Shown piece after piece: positions 49,251-62,223 of a DNA stretch of 64,000 nt. The notes under the pieces are model-generated. The model did no database searches. It worked only from the letters and a program-made list of their open reading frames with translations, and was not told the DNA's origin. How positions within the stretch are numbered: position 1 is the stretch's first letter; every line of letters starts with the position of its first letter. Source of the DNA: Leptogorgia sarmentosa. Taxonomy: Eukaryota. The position numbers were made by a program, and so were the translations under genes. The DNA lies in assembly GCA_964658305.1 (NCBI GenBank), contig OZ210885.1:7626001-7690000 (forward strand). The letters run 5' to 3'.

Positions 49251-50475
49251 CAATCCTTAACATGTGGATTGATTACATATTACCATTAACATCAACATTC
49301 ACTTATTTTCACCCCCTGGTGAGCAGCAACGCTGTGTGTTTTAGACATCAAGAAAATGTTTGACTGCGGGGCAATTGACAAGAAATTAACAAGGCACATT
49401 TCTACACAGACAGATGTTTAAATTGAGAAGAAACATTTTGTAATTTGAAAGGTCAATCCTATAGTGGGTCTGCCTAACCTCAGGGAGTATTGGAACATGC
49501 ATGGAAAAATACCTATTCATAAAAAAGACGCGCAGTAGTACTGGTAACGAACTTCAAAGTTATTCAGAATTAGACATTTGAGAGTTTGTTTTAAGATAAA
49601 CAAAGGCAGTTGAGCACTCAGCTGGCTCCACAAATTCTGGATATGGGATAATTTGCAAATGGGCAGCTCTAAATTCAGGAGAGAAGAAGTCGTCATCAAG
49701 TTCAACTAGTCCTAATTGTTCTGCAACAGTGCAACTTCATGCAACTGCTCCTCAGTGATGTTAAAACGATTTATTTAATTATAGAGATAAAAGATTAATG
49801 ACCAAATGGAATTACAAACCAAATTAAAGATGTAAATCACTAATGTAAAATGAAATACAGTTAAATCTTCCAGGCTGCTTAATCCATTAGGCTGCAGAGC
49901 TTCCCCATTGACCAGTAAAATCGTCTGGCATTAGACAAGTAAAAAATAGGTAACATCGTCAAGGAGTAACATCCCCACAGCACAGCATGTATAAGGGGCG
50001 GAATGCAACGATATTTGTTGGCTTGACAAATGTGGAGGCTTTGCGACTGGCATGAAGGCACAATAAAACAGAATGTTTCCGTCATGATATGACATTCCAA
50101 GACGAGGCAATTAGAAATAATCTGCAGGTTCTTTAAAAATTGAAAATATAATAATTCGTCTAGTTTTGTTCGCAAGATTTCATTGGTATTCACACTCAGT
50201 TAAATATTTTGATTATAACTTTGAACACAGAAATCCCGGATGTTGGATATCAGTCATTCCTTGAGATATGCGTAAAATATGGAAAAGGACTTGTGAAAGA
50301 ACAGCGAGCCATGGCAAAAGACTTGAAAGAAAAGCCAAGATTCAAGGCATCATACATTAAATGTCTGTACGGTATTGAAGTTCAAGATCGAATTGCTCTT
50401 TTGGGTCAGAGGCCTACTCTAGGGTCCAAGATCGCCGCGATTAATTGCGATATTAGGGAAAAAATGCCAAAATTC

Positions 50476-50750
50476 AAGGCGATCTCGAGCGATCTTTGGC
50501 GATAGTAGGCGATCTTAGGCAATCATGGGCGATTTTAGGCAATATTGGGTGATATTATGTAAGGGATTATAAAAAAAAGTTGATGCCTTCTCTCAATTCA
50601 GACCCCCTATTAAGTCCAGAATGCTTATTTATTTGTATGTAATATATGTCGATCATAGGCAATCTTGAGCAATTTTAGGCGTTCTCAGGCGATCTCAGAC
50701 GATCTTAGGCGATTTTAGGCGATCTCAGGCCAAATTTAGGCAATCTTGCA
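50476..50750 (+). repeat. Degenerate 10-bp repeats (AGGCGATCTT-like), two blocks
   Basis: Visible runs such as aggcgatctt aggcaatcat gggcgatttt. Confidence 0.75.
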
Positions 50751-51569
50751 CCCTGGAGTAAGCCTAGTCAGGTCAACGACTTTGTTCAGCGCCTGTAGAA
50801 AAAGTAAAGCAACAAAATTATTTTAATGTGTATGTTTATGATACAGCTGTTTTTTATGGAATAGTTTTGTGGTAAAAAAATTACATGTATTTAGTGTGCA
50901 TGTTTATGATATCAATTTCAGAGTGATGGCAACACTATAATTATTTATTATATTACCGTAACACAATTGATATGTAGAAAATCTTCCTCTTCAAACCCAT
51001 CATTACAGTATCCCTACCATAAAATCAATAATCTTATTAACATCCACTATTTTTTAAGTGTTTTCATTTTTAGTGCATAATTATGTCGTTGTTCATATCC
51101 ATGCATGTATTCACGCAATCCTGTAGCTATACAACTAAGTGAATAGCTACAACAGTTATATACACACACTACACGACAACTATAAAAAACAAATGCATAT
51201 GTATTTCCTAACAATTTTTAATTATATAAATATAAAAAAATGTTTGTTAACACAAAAACGCCATAAGATATATGTTATCAAAACGCTACAAGATATGTCA
51301 TTACGCAAACGTCATCCATCACAAGGATTAGCGTCAAAATTATATACACAATGATTTTTTGTTTAGTAGGCTTTTTTAAATCAGAGAATAGGTAAAATTA
51401 CTGAACAAAAACTGAGGGTTTTTTCTGTGTTATACTTGTCGGTACGGAAATGTCATCCATGACAGGGATTATCACTGTCTGAATTTGTCTTCAACATCTC
51501 ACCTCGTCTATCAACAGTTCTCAATCATTTCTTTCTAATTGTTATCACTATTACTTAAACGCCAAGGAT

Positions 51570-52636
51570 TGAATAGTTCTATCATACCATTCACGGCAAG
51601 TTGTGAGAAGCACTCCGTATACAAGTCTCTCTACCTTATACTCCACGTTCAAATATAAAGAGCATGGCCATTAATCCTTTGATAAATGTCGCTCGACAGC
51701 ACGAAAGTACTTGGACATCCCTTGAAAGGCGCGTTTCGAGAAAACACTATTCCTATTCAAGACGACGTCCTAACATTTTTCCGAAACAAAGCAATCTTGG
51801 TTGGCAGTTCCATTGGCTATTTCGCACCCGCACTCCTCACCACGACTGCATTCATTCTGGTGAACAATGATATGAAACGAAGGACTAACCACCATCCAAA
51901 ATATCACGGAAATGGAGAACAACGAAATCTTTCATGCAGTTGAAGGATGCAGTGAAGCCGGAGATGTTGGATTTCCTCTTTGAAGGCCGTGCGGATGCAC
52001 GCTCAGCGGCTTGAAGGGAAAAGGACAGAAACCATCTACACCAGTATAAGGCCCCATCGAGTGCCCTCAGGATTGATTACGCTATTAAAAAAGGCATGCT
52101 TAAATAAAACCTGTTCGAGTCGACGCCGGATTACGAAATCCACCGGTGGAGTTTGTGGAGAAGATAAAGAAAATCATACAGACAAAACAGCGAAACGAGG
52201 AACGTGCTGTGTTTGGAAGAGGTCCATATCGAGTAAGAAAGGAATTGGAACATTTAACTGTGGATGACACGAAAAGACGTTGCCTAAATCACCAACAACT
52301 CGTGAAGAAAGTGATCGAATTCAAGAAAGCTAGTATAAACGATATGAGAGACGTTTTATACATTGCCGAACCAGAGATCCAAGAAAGCACAGCGTTTGTC
52401 CTTAATATAAGAGCGAAAGAATGTGGCATAACCACCATTCCAGAGAGGATACTAGAATCGATTGTTGAGCGCGCATCCAACCTCATTCCTACACCTGGTC
52501 CAAAACCAGGTGCGGATAACGGATCGTCTGACGTAGCTGGAACATGCAGCAAAATACATCGTGTCACGCCAAGCAAAGGTGGTTCTCTATTCTCGGTCCT
52601 GTGTAAACTTTTCCACAAATATCTGCGAACACGTCT
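51570..52636 (+). pseudogene. Degenerate transposon-derived protein relic (possibly MULE/SWIM-related)
   Basis: Protein-like overlapping broken ORFs (EFVEKIKKII...EERAVFGRGPYRV...) with stops and frameshifts; family assignment uncertain. Confidence 0.4.
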
Positions 52637-52639
52637 TAA

Positions 52640-52840
52640 GGCCCTGTTACACGACGCAATTTTTCTTGCAACTTGCAACGCAAAATTCTACTCTTAAGAG
52701 ATGTTAATTAGTGAAGATTGTTCGATTTGTAAAGAATTCATTAGGAAAATCTGATAAAAACTCGTACTTGCAAATTCACATCTCTCAACAGTAGAATTGC
52801 GTTGCAAGTTGCAAGAAAAATCGCATCGTGTAACAGGGCC
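52640..52840. mobile_element. Harbinger-type (Tourist-like) MITE
   Basis: TIR GGCCCTGTTACACGA continuing imperfectly ~50 bp; TAA on the left, right TSD not matched. Confidence 0.8.
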
Positions 52841-52847
52841 AATGTGT

Positions 52848-53001
52848 AAAACAATTACTGAACTCGGCTGTCGCAAAATATCGTAATTTATCCGTGACTC
52901 GCAGATCAATTATTTGCCTGTGGCTTCGGCATCGGCAAATAATTGATCTGCTCGCCACTGATAAATCACGATATTTTGCTCAACCTCGTCCAATAATTGT
53001 A
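52848..53001. repeat. Hairpin repeat of the AAACAATTATTG family
   Basis: Imperfect palindrome related to 25405-25565 and to half-copies at ~20550 and ~23770. Confidence 0.7.
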
Positions 53002-54894
53002 TAATATTTGCAACAGCAACATAATCATTGAAAAACACCCAGAAAAACATTGCAAAACAATATATATGATATATCTTTAAATAATATAAGAATGATAAAG
53101 TTGTCCACAAAATATGGAGACCACACCATAATTAAAGAATTAGCATGAAAAGCTACTGTGGCAAAATGTCCTAGAAACATCGAAACCATCACATGATAAT
53201 TAGAGAATAGGTTGCTTGCAATGGCGTAAATTTGGAATTTCAGTTGACTGGCAGGTATTGCGAAAATCGATCCATTGGAAAGATTTTAAGATTTAGAGAC
53301 AATATTCGTCAGAGATATATTCGGCTAACAAAGAACAAGCAAAGACGTGGCTTCTAGACGACTTGAAGATTTACAGTGGTATCTATAGACCACCTGGAGA
53401 TAAGTTGCCAGAAGTAGATGACACCTGGCAACATGTGCATAGTTTTGTTGCTGTGGCAATAGAGAATTCAAGTGTCCCTGTCATCGGGAAGGTCATCGAA
53501 AAGTTGGAAAAATCTATCAAAATACATTGTTGCAAAGGTTCCTGGAACAAGTAAGAAGTGGACCCCATGGCTTAATATAGAAAGCCTTGGGTAGATGAAC
53601 TGCCAAAGGAGTGCATTTACTTGTCAGACGTTCAACTTGACGATGACTCAAAACTTCAGACTTCAACAAAAAGGCAAATAAGGAATTTTTTAAAAAACAA
53701 AGAATAAGGTTAGATTGAGAAAGGAAGTTTAGTATTGATATGAAATAAAATCTGTGGAAATTAGTCCGATTGGTCTCGATGTTTCGAGGCCAGGCAACTC
53801 ATGCATTACAGATGCTGGTTTTGGTGTTTTAAACGCAGCTTTATAACTGAATTGTGACTCAATTCAAATTTCAACTGCTTGATCTCACAGGTTTTGTGAG
53901 AAATTGAGCCAAGATCCCAAAAGCGTCAGTTATTATCCAATCATGTTTTCAAGTTGTTAATGAGCCCCATCCTTTTTATTTTGCAATTCGCGTAAAGCGG
54001 AAAACGTTCAATTGAAATGAAGCGCTGTGAGAGTGGCGTAATGTTACAGTATGTCCTCGGTAAATGGGAGATAAAAACTGCATTTCATTTTCAGAGCTTG
54101 AATTATGTTCCTGGAGCTTATACATCTCAAATTTTGTATATAAAATTTGTATACATCTCAAATTTTGTAAATTTTCTAAAAGGAGGCTAAGCAATGTAAA
54201 GCCAGTAGCCAAAGCTACGAGGGCCTTGCCCTGGTAAGAGAAAAATTCAATATATTCGTCTTATAAGTTTTGAATATTTTGTCTTATAAATAAGGTTGGA
54301 ATTTTGAGTATTTTTTACACGATTGAATCGGAGCATTCTTTCCATATTATAGTAAATTCGACTTAGTCGATAATCACACTAGTCTGTAATCGCCGAGTTG
54401 CAAAAATTGAACGTACGCTCAGCTATGGTAAGATGGATTAGAGACTTCGTCACGTTCGTATCCGCGTAACTATCCTAATGTAAGCTTAAACGAGATCCCA
54501 GTCTCGAAAAAAAACTAATAATTTTTAATACTGAAAAAACTGTGTGCATCTCAACAAGAATACTATGTATTACTCCTAATGTAACCTTAAACGAGATCCC
54601 AGTCTCGAAACAACTTATTAACTGAGTACGCTATGGCCCACATTATGCGTGGCAAACGAGGATCTAATTTCTCAACACACGGACAAAAGATAAGAGGAAC
54701 TGAGATGTCAGGTTTCATTCAAGCACTTCAACCTGACAACAGAGGCACGCAGCAAGGTTAGAAGTAAAGACCACCGCCTTAGCGTTACCCCCTAGAGGGC
54801 CCCGCAAACAGGCACGAACACGAAAAGTACTGCTGCCAAAATCAAGGCCAAGCGATGCACGAACGAATGACGAACACGTACGGAATTCACAGCA

Positions 54895-57800
54895 CTCTTC
54901 AACTCTTCGATTCTTCAACTCTTCGATTCTTCAACTCTTCGATTCTTCAACTCTTCGATTCTTCAACTCTTCGATTCTTCAACTCTTCGATTCTTCAACT
55001 CTTCGATTCTTCAACTCTTCGATTCTTCAACTCTTCGATTCTTCAACTCTTCGATTCTTCAACTCTTCGATTCTTCAACTCTTCGATTCTTCAACTCTTC
55101 GATTCTTCAACTCTTCGATTCTTCAACTCTTCGATTCTTCAACTCTTCGATTCTTCAACTCTTCGATTCTTCAACTCTTCGATTCTTCAACTCTTCGATT
55201 CTTCAACTCTTCGATTCTTCAACTCTTCGATTCTTCAACTCTTCGATTCTTCAACTCTTCGATTCTTCAACTCTTCGATTCTTCAACTCTTCGATTCTTC
55301 AACTCTTCGATTCTTCAACTCTTCGATTCTTCAACTCTTCGATTCTTCAACTCTTCGATTCTTCAACTCTTCGATTCTTCAACTCTTCGATTCTTCAACT
55401 CTTCGATTCTTCAACTCTTCGATTCTTCAACTCTTCGATTCTTCAACTCTTCGATTCTTCAACTCTTCGATTCTTCAACTCTTCGATTCTTCAACTCTTC
55501 GATTCTTCAACTCTTCGATTCTTCAACTCTTCGATTCTTCAACTCTTCGATTCTTCAACTCTTCGATTCTTCAACTCTTCGATTCTTCAACTCTTCGATT
55601 CTTCAACTCTTCGATTCTTCAACTCTTCGATTCTTCAACTCTTCGATTCTTCAACTCTTCGATTCTTCAACTCTTCGATTCTTCAACTCTTCGATTCTTC
55701 AACTCTTCGATTCTTCAACTCTTCGATTCTTCAACTCTTCGATTCTTCAACTCTTCGATTCTTCAACTCTTCGATTCTTCAACTCTTCGATTCTTCAACT
55801 CTTCGATTCTTCAACTCTTCGATTCTTCAACTCTTCGATTCTTCAACTCTTCGATTCTTCAACTCTTCGATTCTTCAACTCTTCGATTCTTCAACTCTTC
55901 GATTCTTCAACTCTTCGATTCTTCAACTCTTCGATTCTTCAACTCTTCGATTCTTCAACTCTTCGATTCTTCAACTCTTCGATTCTTCAACTCTTCGATT
56001 CTTCAACTCTTCGATTCTTCAACTCTTCGATTCTTCAACTCTTCGATTCTTCAACTCTTCGATTCTTCAACTCTTCGATTCTTCAACTCTTCGATTCTTC
56101 AACTCTTCGATTCTTCAACTCTTCGATTCTTCAACTCTTCGATTCTTCAACTCTTCGATTCTTCAACTCTTCGATTCTTCAACTCTTCGATTCTTCAACT
56201 CTTCGATTCTTCAACTCTTCGATTCTTCAACTCTTCGATTCTTCAACTCTTCGATTCTTCAACTCTTCGATTCTTCAACTCTTCGATTCTTCAACTCTTC
56301 GATTCTTCAACTCTTCGATTCTTCAACTCTTCGATTCTTCAACTCTTCGATTCTTCAACTCTTCGATTCTTCAACTCTTCGATTCTTCAACTCTTCGATT
56401 CTTCAACTCTTCGATTCTTCAACTCTTCGATTCTTCAACTCTTCGATTCTTCAACTCTTCGATTCTTCAACTCTTCGATTCTTCAACTCTTCGATTCTTC
56501 AACTCTTCGATTCTTCAACTCTTCGATTCTTCAACTCTTCGATTCTTCAACTCTTCGATTCTTCAACTCTTCGATTCTTCAACTCTTCGATTCTTCAACT
56601 CTTCGATTCTTCAACTCTTCGATTCTTCAACTCTTCGATTCTTCAACTCTTCGATTCTTCAACTCTTCGATTCTTCAACTCTTCGATTCTTCAACTCTTC
56701 GATTCTTCAACTCTTCGATTCTTCAACTCTTCGATTCTTCAACTCTTCGATTCTTCAACTCTTCGATTCTTCAACTCTTCGATTCTTCAACTCTTCGATT
56801 CTTCAACTCTTCGATTCTTCAACTCTTCGATTCTTCAACTCTTCGATTCTTCAACTCTTCGATTCTTCAACTCTTCGATTCTTCAACTCTTCGATTCTTC
56901 AACTCTTCGATTCTTCAACTCTTCGATTCTTCAACTCTTCGATTCTTCAACTCTTCGATTCTTCAACTCTTCGATTCTTCAACTCTTCGATTCTTCAACT
57001 CTTCGATTCTTCAACTCTTCGATTCTTCAACTCTTCGATTCTTCAACTCTTCGATTCTTCAACTCTTCGATTCTTCAACTCTTCGATTCTTCAACTCTTC
57101 GATTCTTCAACTCTTCGATTCTTCAACTCTTCGATTCTTCAACTCTTCGATTCTTCAACTCTTCGATTCTTCAACTCTTCGATTCTTCAACTCTTCGATT
57201 CTTCAACTCTTCGATTCTTCAACTCTTCGATTCTTCAACTCTTCGATTCTTCAACTCTTCGATTCTTCAACTCTTCGATTCTTCAACTCTTCGATTCTTC
57301 AACTCTTCGATTCTTCAACTCTTCGATTCTTCAACTCTTCGATTCTTCAACTCTTCGATTCTTCAACTCTTCGATTCTTCAACTCTTCGATTCTTCAACT
57401 CTTCGATTCTTCAACTCTTCGATTCTTCAACTCTTCGATTCTTCAACTCTTCGATTCTTCAACTCTTCGATTCTTCAACTCTTCGATTCTTCAACTCTTC
57501 GATTCTTCAACTCTTCGATTCTTCAACTCTTCGATTCTTCAACTCTTCGATTCTTCAACTCTTCGATTCTTCAACTCTTCGATTCTTCAACTCTTCGATT
57601 CTTCAACTCTTCGATTCTTCAACTCTTCGATTCTTCAACTCTTCGATTCTTCAACTCTTCGATTCTTCAACTCTTCGATTCTTCAACTCTTCGATTCTTC
57701 AACTCTTCGATTCTTCAACTCTTCGATTCTTCAACTCTTCGATTCTTCAACTCTTCGATTCTTCAACTCTTCGATTCTTCAACTCTTCGATTCTTCAACT

Positions 57801-58781
57801 CTTCGATTCTTCAACTCTTCGATTCTTCAACTCTTCGATTCTTCAACTCTTCGATTCTTCAACTCTTCGATTCTTCAACTCTTCGATTCTTCAACTCTTC
57901 GATTCTTCAACTCTTCGATTCTTCAACTCTTCGATTCTTCAACTCTTCGATTCTTCAACTCTTCGATTCTTCAACTCTTCGATTCTTCAACTCTTCGATT
58001 CTTCAACTCTTCGATTCTTCAACTCTTCGATTCTTCAACTCTTCGATTCTTCAACTCTTCGATTCTTCAACTCTTCGATTCTTCAACTCTTCGATTCTTC
58101 AACTCTTCGATTCTTCAACTCTTCGATTCTTCAACTCTTCGATTCTTCAACTCTTCGATTCTTCAACTCTTCGATTCTTCAACTCTTCGATTCTTCAACT
58201 CTTCGATTCTTCAACTCTTCGATTCTTCAACTCTTCGATTCTTCAACTCTTCGATTCTTCAACTCTTCGATTCTTCAACTCTTCGATTCTTCAACTCTTC
58301 GATTCTTCAACTCTTCGATTCTTCAACTCTTCGATTCTTCAACTCTTCGATTCTTCAACTCTTCGATTCTTCAACTCTTCGATTCTTCAACTCTTCGATT
58401 CTTCAACTCTTCGATTCTTCAACTCTTCGATTCTTCAACTCTTCGATTCTTCAACTCTTCGATTCTTCAACTCTTCGATTCTTCAACTCTTCGATTCTTC
58501 AACTCTTCGATTCTTCAACTCTTCGATTCTTCAACTCTTCGATTCTTCAACTCTTCGATTCTTCAACTCTTCGATTCTTCAACTCTTCGATTCTTCAACT
58601 CTTCGATTCTTCAACTCTTCGATTCTTCAACTCTTCGATTCTTCAACTCTTCGATTCTTCAACTCTTCGATTCTTCAACTCTTCGATTCTTCAACTCTTC
58701 GATTCTTCAACTCTTCGATTCTTCAACTCTTCGATTCTTCAACTCTTCGATTCTTCAACTCTTCGATTCTTCAACTCTTCG
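54895..58781. repeat. Perfect 16-bp minisatellite (TTCTTCAACTCTTCGA)n, ~243 copies
   Basis: Lines repeat identically with a 240-bp period; 3887 bp / 16 is about 243 units. Confidence 0.99.
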
Positions 58782-59166
58782 CCCGGGGCCCCGGAGGCAA
58801 TGTACTTACTATTCCGAGCCATATTTTAACAGAGAAAAGCGACCTTAAGATTACGGGACGTGGTCGCCGGGAAGGTAATATTCAATTTTCAGTTTATAGC
58901 GCATGCGTGATTTCACGTCGTCAAAGTTTTTATCACTAGCTTTGTTCTTTCATGGAATGGTTCAATCAACTAAAACTATACATCGCTTCACAGATGTTAC
59001 AACAAAAGAGTAGTTTTATAACAATCTTATTGTCATTATTTTTTAAAACGTTTTTTAGTGATAATCTTAATGCGAAGAATTTAGCGCGCGGGATCTGAAC
59101 AAACATCACTTGTTGAAACCAACGTGGTTGTTTTATCTCCAGGGAGACGACGTTGCCGGCGAAGCA

Positions 59167-59563
59167 ATTTTCCCTTTCGTAAACGGTCGTTGCCTTCCGA
59201 AACGGTCGATGCCTTCCCTGCTCGCTTTTTGCGTAGTTTATGACAAATTTAAAAATTTGAAATACGCTTAATCCCAACCCAAACCCTAAAATACTAACCC
59301 TAACCACAAAAGTCGGAAAAATATTGAAAAAAAAGTTTTAAGTTGAAATCACAAACGCGAAAAAAAGTGTCGAGCCGGGGCTTGAACTATAAAACTACGA
59401 CGCACTCACCGAGTGCCTAACCGTCTGAGCTAATTTCGAGCTCGCTGGAAAACATCGAAAACAAAAATATTTTATAGTGGAATGCATTATGTAACATTTA
59501 AAATGCGAGCAGGGAAGGCATCGACCGTTTTGGAAGACAACGACCGTTTACGAAAGGGAAAAT
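59167..59563. mobile_element. Non-autonomous element with ~58-bp inverted termini, telomere-like and tRNA-like interior
   Basis: TTTTCCCTTTCGTAAACGGTCGTTG...GGTCGATGCCTTCCCTGCTCGC mirrored at the right end; internal AACCCTAA/CTAACCCTAACC. Confidence 0.75.
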
Positions 59564-60822
59564 AGCGCCGACGAACTTTCTCTTCCCCGCTTTTATCATG
59601 CGCTCGCTCACCTAGTTGCCGGGTAGCACTCTTTCACGACCGGTGCGTGAGTGCGGCAATGGTAGACAGCAGACACACATAGAGATCAGAAGGAGACTCG
59701 GACTGCGCTTCGGTTAGTTGTGTCAAAAGGGAGACGCAAAGGTGGCATGTTCGTTTCAGAAACATTTGGCATGTTCATTCAGACAATGTGTATTTACTAG
59801 CAGTTTGTATGCATGTATGCAGTTGTCAGTCCATACAGTGTCCCGAAAAATGTTAATTAGATCCAACTTTATTTCATTTTACTTCTCTTATTTATAATCC
59901 CTGTCGTTTTGCATTATTTTTGGCTTAGTTATAGATAAATATAGTGCCAAGTTTGACAGCTCACAGATGCAGGGACTTCGGCCCTTGCTACTTGCTGATT
60001 ATCTATCGACACATTTGCGTTTTGTTTTTATGTCCATTGACATAATACTGTTCTACCTACAATGTATATTACGATACGTAATTATAGTCTGACTTCCTAT
60101 CATTATATCACGTGAAAGATATATTTCCGAAGCTTTTCAAAAACTGGCCAATATTACATTACTGAATTAGTCTATCTTCGCATCATGAAAAAAATCTTCC
60201 CAGTATAAATATATATCCCGTATACGAAATACACTGTTCAATTATTGACCACGTATTAATTAATGTCGAAATCTATCTTATTATCTTTTAGTCCCCAAAT
60301 ATATTTCGAAAGTTTTGTTTCATTTGAGTAGCTTTTGTGGTTAAAAGACTGTGGTTTCCATATCATTCTTTAAATTTTCTTGCTGACATGCCTATGTAGT
60401 GTTTCAAGCTGCTTGTGCTTGTGCAGGTGACACGCTATGGGGGTATTCTTCCCCAGAAAATTTTTGAAGTTGCAAAGGATGGCATTTACGGCGATTTCAG
60501 CGACAAAATAAATGAAAACGAATTTGTGTTTGGTTCACCTGTAGTGAATGACTGGAATCACTACTAAAATAAGGTAAATACAACAGGCAAAAGTATCTTC
60601 AAATATTTGTAATTTCAAGATAGGGATATAAATATTTAGGTAGGGATATATATTTTATGTTATTTACCAGCTAAGAGAACCTGCAGCCATTACACCACAG
60701 AACCTTAGCACGACAATAATTCCCGATTGTTTCACGTTTCTACGTTTCGTTGATAGCGAAAGGAATCTCTTCAAACGATGTGGATGTTTACTAAAGGGAA
60801 ATTATATTGTCAGCACGTCACA

Positions 60823-60904
60823 GGTAGCGTGGCCGAGTGGTCTAAGGCGCTGGTTTTAGGCACCAGTCATTTCGATGACGTGGGTTCCAATCCCACCGCT
60901 GCCA
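60823..60904 (+). tRNA. tRNA-Leu(TAG)
   Basis: 82 nt; CTGGT-TT-TAG-GC-ACCAG; long variable arm; T-loop TTCCAAT deviates from TTCRAAT. Confidence 0.85.
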
Positions 60905-61286
60905 AATTTTCGTTGTTCATGCTTTCATGGCTGTTTTGAGCTGACGTTAGTTTTAAAACGTGATGCTTCCTCTCTATTATTTGTTAAAATTCAAAATTTA
61001 ACCCCCAACGGAAGAAAGTAAAATTAACATTATTCTAATTTTACCCTCGTTTTTGCATTGGTTTCTATCGCTTAGTGTCCCTTCAGTAATTAAAATAACA
61101 AGCTCAACTTGTCATTAATCTGTCTCTTGGATCAATTTGATTCGATTAACTCTTAACTCTGAATTGCAACATGGATGGTCGAAGGGGAAGGCAATAAAAT
61201 TCGCTGCATTACAAAATATTCAATTAGGCTCTGCCGAAATTTGCACGTTTCTCTTCACATGTCACAAATAATCCACAACTTGTCAC

Positions 61287-61360
61287 TCCCATGGTGTGGC
61301 TCTCTGGTTTGAATCCAGCGTTTTTACCGCCATGGCCTGGTTCGATTCCCGGCGGGGGAA
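61287..61360 (+). pseudogene. Degenerate tRNA-Glu
   Basis: TCCC...GGTTCGATTCCCGGCGGGGGAA; D arm and anticodon mutated; paralogous to 61818. Confidence 0.65.
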
Positions 61361-61661
61361 TAATACTTGCGAGAGAAGGAAAAAAATATGCAATTCGAAA
61401 AATTAGCAAAACCATTGCTATTATACTAGCTCTATCCCTCTTACACATTCTTTTGGTGTTTTCTGTATTTAAGTCTTTGTTGACATGATCTTGCTTTTCC
61501 ACAAAAAAATTGATTTTGCTGATCATCTTTAAAGTGTCATAAAAAAATATGGGATTAAAATTCCCTAGACCTTACTCTGATTTATTATTTGAAGGTGTTT
61601 GGTGAAAATGTTCGGCATCTTGTGGAATATGAACATTATAACGAAGGAGTTGGGGAACTTT

Positions 61662-61732
61662 GCGTTGGTGGTTCAGTGGTAGAATTCTCGCCTGCCACGC
61701 GAGAGACCGGGGTTCGATTCCCCGCTAACGCA
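61662..61732 (+). tRNA. tRNA-Gly(GCC)
   Basis: 71 nt, all stems pair, loop CT-GCC-AC. Confidence 0.93.
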
Positions 61733-61817
61733 GATTATTTTCATTTTGTTGCATTTCAACTGCAACACGGGAAACAAACTGGCTTTGTAAACACAGGAAT
61801 AGTCAATAAGTTATCAC

Positions 61818-61880
61818 TCCCATGTGGTGTAGTAGTTAGGATCTGGCGTTTTCACCGCCATGGCCCTGGTTCTATTCCCG
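61818..61880 (+). pseudogene. 3'-truncated tRNA-Glu(TTC)
   Basis: TGGCG-TT-TTC-AC-CGCCA arm present; T-loop mutated and 3' acceptor strand absent. Confidence 0.75.
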
Positions 61881-61972
61881 ATTCGATTTTTTCTGAAAAT
61901 TTCAATCTGAAGCAGCTTGTGTTCACATTCTCAAACTCGTTCTCTGAAACCAAACCATTTTAACAGCGCTAC

Positions 61973-62045
61973 GACCTTGTGGCGCAATTGGTAGCGCGTC
62001 TGACTCCAGATCAGAAGGCTAAGTGTTCAATTCACTTCAAGGTCA
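61973..62045 (+). tRNA. tRNA-Trp(CCA)
   Basis: GACCTTG/CAAGGTC acceptor, TCTGA-CT-CCA-GA-TCAGA, AAGTG-TTCAATT-CACTT. Confidence 0.93.
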
Positions 62046-62141
62046 AGCACTTCTGGTCACGCTGTCTCTCGAAATTTTCTACCAAATTCAAATTAAAAAT
62101 ATTGTCGTTATTTTCACATTCCATGAAATAATAAATGTTTT

Positions 62142-62206
62142 TCCCATGTAGTCCGGTGGTCGGATCTGGCGCTCTCACCGCCAGGTTCGATTCCCCCGCA
62201 TGGGAA
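62142..62206 (+). pseudogene. tRNA-Glu(CTC) with internal deletions
   Basis: TGGCG-CT-CTC-AC-CGCCA followed directly by GGTTCGA; only 65 nt. Confidence 0.75.
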
Positions 62207-62223
62207 TAAGAAGGAAAGATATA

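Noticed and set aside
54895..58781. CRISPR array or heat-shock element array
   Set aside because: No unique spacers; TTC triplets are all in direct orientation, not alternating nGAAn/nTTCn.
54855..58829. 1324-aa ORF of a 16-aa repeat
   Set aside because: By-product of a stop-free 16-bp satellite; no synonymous variation and the unit is not a multiple of 3.
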